Assembly (NCBI GenBank): GCA_963725665.1
Contig: CAVRZA010000011.1
Coordinates: 64,001 to 128,000 of the forward strand
Direction of reading: 5' to 3'
Source: an uncultured Actinomycetes bacterium
GTDB lineage: Bacteria; Actinomycetota; Thermoleophilia; UBA2241
DNA length: 64,000 nucleotides
Shown here in pieces: positions 36,716 through 47,619 of the stretch; the stretch's first letter is position 1, and every line of letters starts with the position of its first letter. The translations under genes were made by a program, and so were the position numbers. The notes under the pieces were generated by a model. That model saw nothing but the letters and a program-made list of their open reading frames with translations, did no database searches and was not told the origin of the DNA.

Positions 36716-36898
36716 GTCTCGTGTCGAGCGCCCACTGCTGGTGTCGCTGGTTCGGCAAGGCGCCGGATTGCGAACCGCGCGCGTCTCGGCGCGGCCGGCG
36801 CGCTGCCGAGGCGTCGGCCCGCGCCGACACGCGCGCCGACGCATGAGGCGCCGAGTGGCGATAGGATGACCGCGACGATCAACGAGAAGGGGGAGACG

Positions 36899-37195
36899 AT
36901 GGGCACGTTCGACAAGTACCTCGACAAGGCCGGCAGCATGGCCAGCGGGCTCGCCGGTCAGGCCGAGAAGACCGGCCGTGTGGCTCAGGCGCAAATCAAG
37001 CTGCGCTCGCTGCAGGGTGAGGCCAAGGACGCCAACGCCGAGCTTGGCGCGCTCGTGGCCGGACTCGTCGAGCGTGGCGAGCTCTCGCACCCGGAGCTAG
37101 AGTCGGCGCTCGACAAGGCCCGGGCCGCCGCAGCGGTCGTGCGCGAGAAGGAGGAGGAGATCGCGCGCCTCAAGGCGGAAGGTAAGTCGGACTAG
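36899..37195 (+). CDS. Hypothetical coiled-coil protein
   Basis: AAGGGGGAG SD; helical AELG..V pattern. Confidence 0.7.
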   Translation: MGTFDKYLDKAGSMASGLAGQAEKTGRVAQAQIKLRSLQGEAKDANAELGALVAGLVERGELSHPELESALDKARAAAAVVREKEEEIARLKAEGKSD

Positions 37196-37254
37196 CACAC
37201 ACGCCGTTTGGCGTCCGACGCGTCTGCTACGCTGGCGGCGAGCAAAGGAGACCC

Positions 37255-38385
37255 GTGCATCCCACCGAGCAGGCGCTCACCAAGGCGCCGTCAGACTACG
37301 CCGCGAAGCTCGCCGAGAACGAGCCGTTCGACTCCTACTTCGTGTGCCTGCAGCCCGAGCGCGGCGCCAAGAGATCCGGCGAGCCCTTCCTGCGCATGGG
37401 CCTGCGCGACGCCTCCGGCGACGTCAAGGCGATCTGGTGGCAGCCGACCACCGAGGCGCTCGAGGGCCTGCGCCACGGCGATGTCGTCAAGGTGCGCGCC
37501 GCCTTCAGCGCAACTGGCCAGTACGGGCCGCAGGTCAAGATCGAGCGCCTGCGCGTGCTCGAACCCGGCGAGTACGATCCCGCCTGCCTGATCCCCGTCT
37601 CGCCGATCGACCCCGACGAGCTCAGCGACCGACTGCGGTCTCTCGTCGAGTCGGTCGCCGATCACAGCCTGCGAGCACTGCTCGAGCGTGCGCTCGACCC
37701 CGAGCGCGAGCCCGGGGCCACCTTCGTCGTCGCTCCGGCGGCGGTGCGCAACCACCACGCCTACCGCCACGGTCTGCTCGAGCACTCCGTCGTCGTAGCC
37801 GAGGTCGCGGCCACGGTGACGGCCAGCTTCCCCGGCATCGACCGCGACCTCGTCGTCGCCGGCGCCCTGCTGCACGACATCGGCAAGACGCTCACCTACT
37901 CCTGCGATCCCCTGGCGCCGGGCTTCACCGACGTCGGGCGCCTGCACGGCGAGATCGTCATCGGGCATGACCTCGTGCGCGATCTCATCGCCGAGATCCC
38001 CGCGTTCAAGCCCGAGCTCTCGGCGCGGCTGCGCCACGTGATCGTGTCCCATCACGGCGAACGCGAGAAGGGCAGCCCCGTAGTCCCCATGACTCGCGAG
38101 GCGATCATCGTCCACTTCTGCGACGACATGACGGCCCGCATCTCCGCCTGCGACGACGCCGAGCGCGCCAGCACGCGTGACGCCCGCTGGTCCGGCTTCA
38201 ACAAGATGCTCGACGCCTTCGTCTACATCGGCGAACGTAACGGCGAGTCCACAGACGACGAGGTCGATGGCGAGGCTACCGATCCGTCGTCCAACGGCGG
38301 CGCGGCGGGCGGCGGGTTCACCAGCGACCGGGCGGCGACAGAGCGAGAGCGTGCCGAGTCCGACGACGGACCCGAACTGTTGTGA
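37255..38385 (+). CDS. yhaM: YhaM/Cbf1-family 3'-5' exoribonuclease (OB + HD)
   Basis: L.D.SG...A..W OB fold; PAA..NHHAY..GLLEH, LLHDIGK, SHHG..E.GSP. Confidence 0.85.
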   Translation: MHPTEQALTKAPSDYAAKLAENEPFDSYFVCLQPERGAKRSGEPFLRMGLRDASGDVKAIWWQPTTEALEGLRHGDVVKVRAAFSATGQYGPQVKIERLRVLEPGEYDPACLIPVSPIDPDELSDRLRSLVESVADHSLRALLERALDPEREPGATFVVAPAAVRNHHAYRHGLLEHSVVVAEVAATVTASFPGIDRDLVVAGALLHDIGKTLTYSCDPLAPGFTDVGRLHGEIVIGHDLVRDLIAEIPAFKPELSARLRHVIVSHHGEREKGSPVVPMTREAIIVHFCDDMTARISACDDAERASTRDARWSGFNKMLDAFVYIGERNGESTDDEVDGEATDPSSNGGAAGGGFTSDRAATERERAESDDGPELL

Positions 38386-38474
38386 TCCTCAAGTTCGTCT
38401 TAGCCGTCGTGTTCATCCTGCTCGCGTGGCGCCTCTGGCGCTCCTACACGCGCATGCAGCCGCCGCGCCGCTGA
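38382..38474 (+). CDS. Putative 30-aa single-TM small protein MILKFVLAVVFILLAWRLWRSYTRMQPPRR
   Basis: GTGA overlap with the yhaM stop; hydrophobic helix + basic tail. Confidence 0.5.
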   Translation: MILKFVLAVVFILLAWRLWRSYTRMQPPRR

Positions 38475-38493
38475 TACGGCAAGCAGCCGGCTG

Positions 38494-38937
38494 TCACCCC
38501 CAGATCGCCCGCGCGTCCGCAAGCACGCGCGCCGCGTGTCCCTTCGCCTTGACTTTGTCGTAGACCTTGCGCACGGTGCCGTCGGCGTCGATCAAGAAGG
38601 TCGAGCGCTTCGCGCTGCCCACCAGACCGCCGACCTCGAAGGCCCGCGTGACCTCGCGATCGGGGTCACTTACGAGCGGAAAGCCCAAGCCGTACTTGCC
38701 GGCGAAGCGCTCGTTGGCGGCCGGCTTGTCGACGCTGGCTCCCACCACCTGCAAGCCCAACGCCGCGAACTCGCCCAGGAGGCCGTTGAACTCAACGGCT
38801 TCCGTCGTTCACCCCGGGGTGGAGGCCTTGGGGTAGAAGTAGAGCACCGTCGGCTTGCCGGGCGCCCCCAGGTCGATGATCGTGCCGTCGTAGGCGGCTG
38901 CCCTCACCGAAGGCGCCTTGTCCCCAGCCTGTATCAC
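38494..38937 (-). CDS. bcp: Selenocysteine-containing BCP/PrxQ peroxiredoxin (copy 1; U43)
   Basis: GGAGGAGG SD; YFYPKASTPG-UGA(38811-38809)-TTEA continues in frame into GASVD..FPLVSD..RSTFLID; SECIS-like hairpin. Confidence 0.9.
38778..38803 (-). promoter_or_regulatory. SECIS-like hairpin of bcp copy 1
   Basis: GGA-A-GCCGUUG-AGUU-CAACGGC-C-UCC; loop begins 16 nt after UGA. Confidence 0.75.
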
Positions 38938-39058
38938 GGTCGCCTCCTCCAGACCCGCTGATCGCCCACGCGGCCGCCACCACCGCACCGGCCCGCCTCC
39001 TGATGTGAAGTCGGGGTGCGCGGCGCGCCCCGCGCCCGTCGGCACGCCAATCCTACCG

Positions 39059-39532
39059 CTAGAAGCCGGTCTCCTCGTTGGGGACCGGCCACTCCCAGAT
39101 CTCGCGCACCGTCTCGAGCACGGCCGACGCGTGACCGCCCGGGTCGACGTCGGTCCAGACGTGCTGAACGACACCCTCGCCCAGCAAGAAGGTCGTCCGT
39201 CTCGCCTTTCCCCCCGGCTCCTTCAGGACTCCGAAGACCTCGCTCAGGCGCCGCTCGGAGTCGCAGACGAGGGTCATGTTGAGGCCGTACAGCTTCGCGA
39301 AGGCGCGGTTGACCGCGGGGGTGTCCACGCTCGCGCCGATGACCGCCACGTCGAGCGCCGCGTACTGGTCGAGGAGGCCGTTGAACTCAACGGCTTCCTT
39401 CGTTCAGCCGGACGTGGAGGCCTCGGGATAGAAGAAGAGGACCGCCTTGCGGGCGAAGGAGCCGAGGTCGAGCACCCCTCCGTCGCAGGTCGAAGCCCGC
39501 ACCGCCGGGATCCTGTCACCCGCCTCGATCAC
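39059..39532 (-). CDS. bcp: Selenocysteine-containing BCP/PrxQ peroxiredoxin (copy 2; U43)
   Basis: GAGGAGG SD; FFYPEASTSG-UGA(39406-39404)-TKEA continues into GASVD..RTTFLL..GHA; same hairpin. Confidence 0.9.
39372..39399 (-). promoter_or_regulatory. SECIS-like hairpin of bcp copy 2
   Basis: AGGA-A-GCCGUUG-AGUU-CAACGGC-C-UCCU; 27 nt identical to copy 1. Confidence 0.75.
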
Positions 39533-39552
39533 GTCGACCTCCTCTCACGGGG

Positions 39553-39900
39553 TCAGGCAGGGCGCGGCACGCCGGGGTCGCGCGGTTCGCCGAGAGCATC
39601 GTCGCGAAACGAGCCGCAAGCGCACTGACCGGACACCAGTCGCGGACCCCTCACGCTGAAGGCGCCACGCGCGTCGTCGTAGTCGAACTCGGCGTCACCG
39701 AAAAGCTCGGCGCTCGCCTCGTCGACGACCACCAAGGTGCCCTCACTCTCGCTCACAATGTCCCCGGGCTGCGTCGTGTCGACGAACTCAAGCACGTAGC
39801 GCAGCCCGGCGCAGCACGACGACACGCGCAGCATCTCGCCGTCGGCGTCGCTCCTCATCTCACGCAGCCGGCCGGCGGCGCGCTGCGTCAACGAGATCAT
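39553..39900 (-). CDS. HesB/IscA-family Fe-S carrier protein
   Basis: ISLT..AA, SCCAGLRY, D......G..VVVD..S, CACG.SF-like C-terminus; GAGGAG SD. Confidence 0.8.
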   Translation of the reverse strand: MISLTQRAAGRLREMRSDADGEMLRVSSCCAGLRYVLEFVDTTQPGDIVSESEGTLVVVDEASAELFGDAEFDYDDARGAFSVRGPRLVSGQCACGSFRDDALGEPRDPGVPRPA

Positions 39901-40067
39901 CGCTCTCCTCCGTCGCAGATGACGACCCCGGTCACCGCGCCGGCGTCGCGACCGGGCGCGCGGGCCGTCTGCCGTGCCTATTGCCAGGGCGGCGCCGATC
40001 GAAACGGCCGCCCCGAGAACCGAGAGTAGACTGACAGTCGGCGTCCGGCCCGACAGAGGAGCGACCC

Positions 40068-40268
40068 ATGCGAGTGCGTATCGACTACGACCGTTGCACG
40101 GGCGTGGCGGCCTGCGAGCAGGTCTGTCCGGAGGTGTTCCAGATCCGCGACGACGGCTTGGCCGAGGTCGTCGATGCCGAGCCCCACGAGACACTCTGGG
40201 AGTGCGTGCACCGCGCTCAGGAGGCCTGCCCCGAAGAGGCCATCCTCATCGAGGAAGACGGGGCGTAA
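40068..40268 (+). CDS. Monocluster ferredoxin (probably 3Fe-4S)
   Basis: CTGVAACEQVCPEVF...ACPEEAI; second ligand is non-Cys. Confidence 0.85.
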   Translation: MRVRIDYDRCTGVAACEQVCPEVFQIRDDGLAEVVDAEPHETLWECVHRAQEACPEEAILIEEDGA

Positions 40269-40288
40269 GCTCGGGCGGCTGCGAGCGC

Positions 40289-40633
40289 CTACACCATCTC
40301 ACCGTCACCCGGCACCGGAGGCGCGGAGACGACGACGAAGGTGACCGGTCCGGCGCCGACGTTGGAGAGCTGACGCACGGCCCCTGCCGGCACGGCGAAC
40401 GCATCGCGCTCGCCCAGCTTGTGGATGGCGCCATCGACCTCGATCTCGGCGTCCCCCGCCAGCACGAGGTAGAGCTCCTCCTGTTCGCGGTGGCGGTGGC
40501 GCCGCATCTGGGCTCCTTCGGCGAGCGACCACACGTTGGCGCGCAGGTTGCGCGCTCCGAGCTCCTCGGTGAGGCGCTTCACGTGCACCTGTTCGGACAC
40601 GGTGTCGACGGGCACGGCGCGAACGGCCTTCAT
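40289..40633 (-). CDS. Cupin-domain protein
   Basis: HRH..QEELYLVL.G, VPAG.VR.L.N. Confidence 0.8.
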   Translation of the reverse strand: MKAVRAVPVDTVSEQVHVKRLTEELGARNLRANVWSLAEGAQMRRHRHREQEELYLVLAGDAEIEVDGAIHKLGERDAFAVPAGAVRQLSNVGAGPVTFVVVSAPPVPGDGEMV

Positions 40634-40674
40634 GGGACTCCTTTGCCGAAAGGGACGGGACCCGACGCAGCGCT

Positions 40675-41310
40675 CTAGCGGGCGCTCTTCTCGAGGATCT
40701 CGACCGGCAGCGAGCAGCGCTCCTTGAAGCGCCTCGCATCAGCAGCCGAACCGACGATGTCGCCGTAGTGCATCGGGATCACGAGCTTGGCCTTGACCCT
40801 GTCGCACGCCTGCGCCGCCTCGTCCGCCGTCATCACGTAGGTGCCGCTCACGGGAAGCAACGCGACGTCCACCTCGATGTCGCTCATCTCGGGGATCACA
40901 TCGGTATCGCCGGCGTGGTAGACGCGCCTGCCGTCGAGCTCCACGATGTAGCCGACCTTGCCGTCGGCCTTGGGGTGGAACACCTGGCCCGGCCCGCGGA
41001 ACTTGTCAGTGTTGTAGGCCGGCACGGCGTGCACCGTCACGCCGCCGACCTCGATCGTCTGCCCGGGTGCGATCGTGCGCGTCTCACCGGCTACCTGCGA
41101 GGTCACCTCTTGGGGTCCCACGACGACGGTGTCCGGCTTGCGCAGCCGCCCGATGTCGTCGTTGCTCAAGTGGTCGAAGTGGTCGTGGGTCACGAGGATG
41201 ACATCCGCCGGCAGCGCGCCGGCAGCGAGCTTCCAGGGGTCGACGTACACGGTCTGCGAGCCTTCGAGGCGGAAGGAGTCGTGCCCCAACCAGGCGATGT
41301 TCTCGACCAT
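40675..41310 (-). CDS. MBL-fold metallo-hydrolase
   Basis: WLGHDSF, THDHFDH, YHAGDT, PMHYG. Confidence 0.9.
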   Translation of the reverse strand: MVENIAWLGHDSFRLEGSQTVYVDPWKLAAGALPADVILVTHDHFDHLSNDDIGRLRKPDTVVVGPQEVTSQVAGETRTIAPGQTIEVGGVTVHAVPAYNTDKFRGPGQVFHPKADGKVGYIVELDGRRVYHAGDTDVIPEMSDIEVDVALLPVSGTYVMTADEAAQACDRVKAKLVIPMHYGDIVGSAADARRFKERCSLPVEILEKSAR

Positions 41311-41403
41311 CTGGCCTCCGTTTCACGGGTGCGGCAAGAAGAGGCGCCGCGGCCTCGCGGCGCTCATGCGCCGCCGGGCCGCGGCGCCCGTTGCCCCGCC
41401 GCT

Positions 41404-41601
41404 CTAGACCGGCTTTACTTCGACGGCCTGCGGGCCCTTGCGGCCCTGGCCGATCTCGAACTCGACGCGCTCGGCGTCATGCAGGCTGGTCACACCCTCG
41501 GCTAGCCCGGTGACGTGGACGAAGATGTCCTCGCCCTCGTCCTGCTTGATGAAGCCGTAGCCCTTCTCCGTCGAGAACCACTTGACTGTTCCTTGAGGCA
41601 C
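41404..41601 (-). CDS. csp: Cold-shock protein
   Basis: GTVKWFSTEKGYGFI, DIFVH, GRKGPQA; GAGGAGGAG SD. Confidence 0.95.
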   Translation of the reverse strand: MPQGTVKWFSTEKGYGFIKQDEGEDIFVHVTGLAEGVTSLHDAERVEFEIGQGRKGPQAVEVKPV

Positions 41602-41832
41602 CGCTCCTCCTCGCTGCCTGAAGTGCCTTGACCGACGTTGTTGGGCGACGGTGTGCACTTCGCCCCCGCCACCCGGGGGCGCTTTGTCGTGAAGCGCGCC
41701 GTACTGCGGCACGTGCGACATACTCTACCCGTAAGCGCGGCGACCGCGAACCTTCGCCGATGGCGCCGCCCGCACGGCGATGCCTCGCGACGAGACGGAC
41801 ACGAACGGTGACGTCGGACCGCGGGGGGACCG

Positions 41833-42441
41833 CTACGAAGCGGTCGCGCCGCGCGTCACGGCGAAGATGGCGATGCGCGCCATGAGGTTGGGCAGGTGCT
41901 GGCTCGGCGCCGTGCGCTCGAACGAGCGCAAGAAGATCTCGCGCTCGACTTGCAGCCCCTCGTCGTGGCAGAGGGCGCGGAAGTCACGCACGGTGCAGAG
42001 GTGGATGTTCGGGGTGTCGTGCCACTGGTAGGGGAGCTCCCTGCTGACCGGCATCCTGCCACTGAGCAGGAGCTGCCCGCGCAGAGACCAGTGCGCGAAG
42101 TTGGGCATGCTCACCACCGCCAGCCGGCCCGCGCGGGCCATCTCGCGCACCACGAACCGCGGCCGGCGTAGCTGCTGCACGCTGAAGCTGAGGATGACCA
42201 CGTCGAACGAGCCGTCCTCGTAGTCGGCAAGCCCCTCGTCGAGGTCGCCGTGAAAGACCGAAAGTCCGCGCGCCACACAGGCACGCACAGCCTCCTGCGA
42301 GATGTCGACGCCGGAGCCGCGCACGTGCTTCTCGTGGATCAGCTTGTCGAGCAGCTCCCCGTCGCCGCAGCCCAGGTCGAGCACCGTCGTGCCGTCGGGC
42401 ACGAGGTCCTCGATGATCTGGTAGTCGACGCGCTGCGCCAC
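41833..42441 (-). CDS. metW: Methionine biosynthesis protein MetW
   Basis: VLDLGCGDG, PNFAHW, LPYQWHDTPNIHLCTV.DF; downstream of metX. Confidence 0.9.
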   Translation of the reverse strand: MAQRVDYQIIEDLVPDGTTVLDLGCGDGELLDKLIHEKHVRGSGVDISQEAVRACVARGLSVFHGDLDEGLADYEDGSFDVVILSFSVQQLRRPRFVVREMARAGRLAVVSMPNFAHWSLRGQLLLSGRMPVSRELPYQWHDTPNIHLCTVRDFRALCHDEGLQVEREIFLRSFERTAPSQHLPNLMARIAIFAVTRGATAS

Positions 42442-43691
42442 TACGACTCGCCGCCCGGAGCAGCCGGCCCGGTCTCGACGCCGGCACGCGGCTGCACGCG
42501 CATCGAGCGCGACCCGCTGTCGAGGAAGGCGGCGATGATGCCCTCCATCTTCTCGCGCTCGAGCAAGAAGGCGTCGTGGCCGTAGTGCGACTCGACCTCG
42601 TAGTAGCTCACGTGCTTGTGCGTCGCGCGCAGGGCGCTGACGATCTCCTTGAGCTGATACGGCGGATGCAGCCAGTCGCTCGAGAAGGCCATCACCAGGA
42701 AGCGCGCGGTCGCGTCGCGGAAGACGTCGACCAGGCTACGTTGGCCGTTGGTCAGGTCGAAGTAGTCGATGGCCCTGGTGATGTAGAGGTAGGCGTTGGC
42801 GTCGAAGCGTCCCGTGAACGAGACGCCCTGGTGACGCAGGTAGCTCTCGACCTCGAAGTCGGCCGAGAAGCTGAAGGAGTAGTCCTCGATGTCACGCAGA
42901 CGGCGGCCGAACTTCTCGCGCATCGCCTCGTCGGAGAGATAGGTGATGTGCCCCAGCATGCGCGCCACGGCCAGCCCCTTGGCCGGCGACTTCTTGCCGT
43001 AGTAGTGGCCGCCACGCCAGTTGGGATCGGCCATGATCGCTTGCCGGCCGACCTCGTTGAAGGCGATGGCCTGCGTGGACTGGCGCGCCGCGCACGCCAC
43101 GGGGATGGCGAGGTGCACGCGGCTGGGGTGGGCGACCGCCAACTGCAATACTTGCATGCCGCCCATGGAGCCGCCGACGGCGGCCAGTAGCTTGCCGATG
43201 CCCAGGTGGTCGAGTAGCAGCACCTGCGCGTCCATCATATCGGCGATCGTGATCATCGGGAAGCCCGTGCCGTACGGCCGCCCGGTCTGCGGGTCGATCG
43301 ACGCCGGACCCGTAGAACCGCTGCAGCCGCCGAGGACGTTCGCGCAGACGACGAAGTACTTCTCGGTGTCGAGCGCCTTGCCGGGACCGATGAGCATGTC
43401 CCACCATCCGGCGCGCTTGTCGTTGGCGCTGTGGCGGCCGGCGACGTGGGCGTCACCCGAGAGCGCGTGACAGACCAGGACGGCGTTGTCGCGCGCCTCA
43501 CTCAGCGTGCCGTACGTCTCATAGGCGAGCGTGAAGGGGCCGAGCCGCCGGCCGCTCTCGAGCAGCAGGGGCGCGGCCGGCGGCTCGGCCAGCGTCACCT
43601 TGCGCGTGCGCGTGACGCCGGCGGAGCCGGTATCGCTGTCCGTGCCGATGGGCACGTCACCGATCTGCTTGTCGATGGCCTTGCCGTCCAT
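42441..43691 (-). CDS. metX: Homoserine O-acetyltransferase
   Basis: CHALSGD, GWWD, GGSMGG, FDAN.Y, SDWL, GHDAFLLE. Confidence 0.92.
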   Translation of the reverse strand: MDGKAIDKQIGDVPIGTDSDTGSAGVTRTRKVTLAEPPAAPLLLESGRRLGPFTLAYETYGTLSEARDNAVLVCHALSGDAHVAGRHSANDKRAGWWDMLIGPGKALDTEKYFVVCANVLGGCSGSTGPASIDPQTGRPYGTGFPMITIADMMDAQVLLLDHLGIGKLLAAVGGSMGGMQVLQLAVAHPSRVHLAIPVACAARQSTQAIAFNEVGRQAIMADPNWRGGHYYGKKSPAKGLAVARMLGHITYLSDEAMREKFGRRLRDIEDYSFSFSADFEVESYLRHQGVSFTGRFDANAYLYITRAIDYFDLTNGQRSLVDVFRDATARFLVMAFSSDWLHPPYQLKEIVSALRATHKHVSYYEVESHYGHDAFLLEREKMEGIIAAFLDSGSRSMRVQPRAGVETGPAAPGGES

Positions 43692-43847
43692 GATGCCTCT
43701 CGGACCGCCCCTGTCGCGCTCCCCTCGCGCGGCCGCGCAGGTCACGAGTCACCGTTGAGCCTTGCGCAGACCGAGCAGATTGTACTCGCAACGACCGCGG
43801 CGGCGGTATCGACGATGCGGCGGCCTCGCCGTGTGAGGCCGCCGCCT

Positions 43848-45164
<1,317 letters not shown>

Positions 45165-45178
45165 CTAGTGAGCGGACG

Positions 45179-45601
45179 TCAGATGTAGTACATGGGCGAG
45201 GCCGCGGCGCGCGCCGCGGCCTCGCCCACGGACATGGTACATAGGACGTCCCAGGCCTCGCGGCGGACTCGGTCCCAGGCCGGCTGGATGATCCTGTCGG
45301 CCTCGACCCCGTTCCTCCCGAAGCCGCCGTTGAACGGCCCCTCGACGGCCTCGACGACGTCGGCGAACGTGATGTCGCCGGGGTCGCGGGTCAGCTCGTA
45401 GCCCCCCGTCCTGCCGCGCCGGCTCGTGACGATGCCCGCCTGGCGCAGGTCGTGCATGACCTGCTCCACGAACTTGCGCGGGATGTCGCCGAAGTCGGCG
45501 ATCTCGTGCGCGTGCACCGGCCTCGCACCGGATGCCAGCGCAAGACGCACGACCGCCTTGATGGCGTACTGCGTGCGCAACGAGGGGTCGAAGCTGCCCG
45601 T
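45179..45601 (-). CDS. Rrf2-family regulator (CymR-like, no Fe-S Cys triad)
   Basis: YAIKA...LA, IP.KF.EQ, S.RG..GGY.L; start TTG 45580 or SD-led ACG 45601. Confidence 0.85.
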   Translation of the reverse strand, partial: TGSFDPSLRTQYAIKAVVRLALASGARPVHAHEIADFGDIPRKFVEQVMHDLRQAGIVTSRRGRTGGYELTRDPGDITFADVVEAVEGPFNGGFGRNGVEADRIIQPAWDRVRREAWDVLCTMSVGEAAARAAASPMYYI

Positions 45602-45611
45602 TTTGTCCCCT

Positions 45612-45659
45612 TTCCTCTAGGAATGAGGTAACTTAGTTCCCCGAGGGGTCGCACGTCAA
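45612..45659 (-). promoter_or_regulatory. Sigma70-type promoter of rrf2-metY with downstream TTCCT-AG-AGGAA palindrome
   Basis: TTGACG-18 nt-TAAGTT on the minus strand; palindrome just upstream of the SD. Confidence 0.5.
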
Positions 45660-45817
45660 GCGGGTGCCGATGGTTTCGTGCCTGCCGCCGAGGCGGTCGT
45701 CAGGCGGCCTTGGCGGCGGATCAACGACGCCTCGCGCGAGACTGCGACGGTGTTGCGCGCGGTAGTATCGCGAAAGCGACGGCGAAGACGCCGTGTGAAC
45801 GATGACGAGGAGGCGGA

Positions 45818-46056
45818 ATGAGCCCGCTGCCGACGTCGGTGACGATTCCTTTCGTGTTCGGGAAGCCCGTCAACATCTGGCTGGGCATGGTCCTCGCCGT
45901 GCTGGCCGTGCTGGCCGTGCTGCAGGTGCTGCTCGGCACGCGTGTACTCAAGCTGCCCTTCGCGCTGCATAGGGTCAACGGGTTCGTGATCCTGCCATCG
46001 TGAGCGTGCACGGATTCATCGGCTACATGGTCTGGTTCCACGGCTGGGTCTATTGA
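45818..46056 (+). pseudogene. Small membrane protein with His-bearing TM helices, frameshifted near 45995
   Basis: GAGGAGG SD; ..LHRVNGFVIL then shifted frame IVSVHGFIGYMVWFHGWVY*. Confidence 0.55.
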
Positions 46057-46058
46057 CG

Positions 46059-46964
46059 ATGCTCTTGGAGGAGATCAGGGCAGCTCTGCAGCGCGAGCTG
46101 CCGGGGTTGCAGGACGACGAGCCTCTGGCTCAGTACTGCGCCTACGCCGTGGGCGGACCGGCGGAGCTGCTCTACAGGGCGACGACGACGGCGCGGCTGC
46201 GCCGCGCCGTCGTCGTCGCCCACGAACTCGCCGCGCCCCTCACGGTGCTCGGCCTGGGCACCAACGTGCTGATCAGCGAGCACGGCATCGGGGGCCTCGT
46301 CGTCCTCGCCCGTAACGGCGAGGCGGACCTCGACGGCGAGTTGCTGCACGTCGGCGCCGGCGCCTCCACCGTCGCCGTCATCACCGACCTCGCCGAACGG
46401 GGGCTGGCCGGCCTGGAGTTCGCCGGCAACATACCGGGGTCATTCGGGGGCGCCGTCGTCGGCAACGCCGGCGCCTACGGCCGCTCCGTCGCCGACGTTC
46501 TGGTGGAGTGCAGTTTGATCGAGGAGGGCCGCGAGAGTCGGGCGACCGCCGCGGATCTCGGCTTCGACTACCGAACGAGCGCTCTGAAGCGAGGGCGCCG
46601 GGCGATCGTGCTCGACGCTACCTTCGCCGTACGACAGGGGGAGCCCGGCGGCCTGCTCGCCGAGATAGCCCGTGACGCCGAGCTGCGGCGCGCCAAGCAC
46701 CCCCTCGAGTGGGCCTCCTGCGGCAGCTACTTCAAGAACCCCTCGCGCGAGGTGCCGGCCGCGCGGCTGATCGAGGAGGCCGGTCTCAAGGGCTTCACCG
46801 TCGGCCGGGCGCAGGTGAGCGAGAAGCACGCCAACTTCCTCGTCGCACTGCCCGGCGCCGTGGCGGGCGACATCCGCACGCTCGGCGAGGCCGTGAAGCA
46901 GCGCGTGTTCGAGCACTGCGGCGTCAACCTGGTCGAAGAGGTGACGCTGCTGGGGTTCGACTGA
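46059..46964 (+). CDS. murB: UDP-N-acetylenolpyruvoylglucosamine reductase
   Basis: VGGPA, G.GTN.L, GLEF..IPGS.GGA..GNAGAYG, YRTS, SCGSYFKNP, SEKHANF. Confidence 0.92.
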   Translation: MLLEEIRAALQRELPGLQDDEPLAQYCAYAVGGPAELLYRATTTARLRRAVVVAHELAAPLTVLGLGTNVLISEHGIGGLVVLARNGEADLDGELLHVGAGASTVAVITDLAERGLAGLEFAGNIPGSFGGAVVGNAGAYGRSVADVLVECSLIEEGRESRATAADLGFDYRTSALKRGRRAIVLDATFAVRQGEPGGLLAEIARDAELRRAKHPLEWASCGSYFKNPSREVPAARLIEEAGLKGFTVGRAQVSEKHANFLVALPGAVAGDIRTLGEAVKQRVFEHCGVNLVEEVTLLGFD

Positions 46965-47112
46965 GCCGGGCTATACTGACCCCCGGCGGCGCCGTGCCTC
47001 GCCATCGCCCGTTGTCGCTCATCTGGGGACGCGGCGAACCCCGGCGCCCCGGCCTGCGTCTCCCACCTCGGAGGACGAGATAGAGGAACTGCCCCCCGGC
47101 CTGCTGGAAAGG

Positions 47113-47619
47113 GTGCGCAAGGGCCAGCCCGAAGCGCGGGCAGAGCTCTTTCGCCGCTACGCGCCGCAGGCGCGCGAGATCCTCTTCCTCCAGGGCATGT
47201 GTGACGATCTGGACGACGCGGTGCAGGAGGTGTTCCTCAAGGTGTTCCGCGCGACGCTGCCGGTCGAAGAGCGGTTCTTGAGCTGGCTCTACACCGTCAT
47301 CCTCAACACGGGGCGCGACCTCGGGCGGCGGCGCAAGACCCGCCAGGGCCTCTTGCGCCGCCTCGAAGAGGTCGCGCCCGAGTCGGTCGCGACGCCGGCT
47401 TTCGAACCCACGCTCGGTGATCCCGCCATCAAGCAGGCACTGCGCGAGCTGCCGACGGAGTTCCGCGAGGCCGTCGCGCTGCGCTTCTACGCCGACCTGC
47501 CGCTCGAAGAGATCGCACGTTGCCAGGGCGTGCCGTTGGGTACAGTGAAGTCACGGTTGCACAGCGCGCTGTCGCGCTTGCGTACAGCGTTGCTCGAGAC
47601 AGGGGCGAGAAGTGGTTGA
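47113..47619 (+). CDS. ECF RNA polymerase sigma factor (true start may be upstream, e.g. ATA 47080)
   Basis: DAVQEVFLK, F.SWLY, EIA...GVPLGTVKSRLH. Confidence 0.88.
   Translation: MRKGQPEARAELFRRYAPQAREILFLQGMCDDLDDAVQEVFLKVFRATLPVEERFLSWLYTVILNTGRDLGRRRKTRQGLLRRLEEVAPESVATPAFEPTLGDPAIKQALRELPTEFREAVALRFYADLPLEEIARCQGVPLGTVKSRLHSALSRLRTALLETGARSG

Noticed and set aside
39553-39900. HesB-like protein as a third selenoprotein
   Set aside because: All Cys positions are TGC; no in-frame TGA before the terminal stop.
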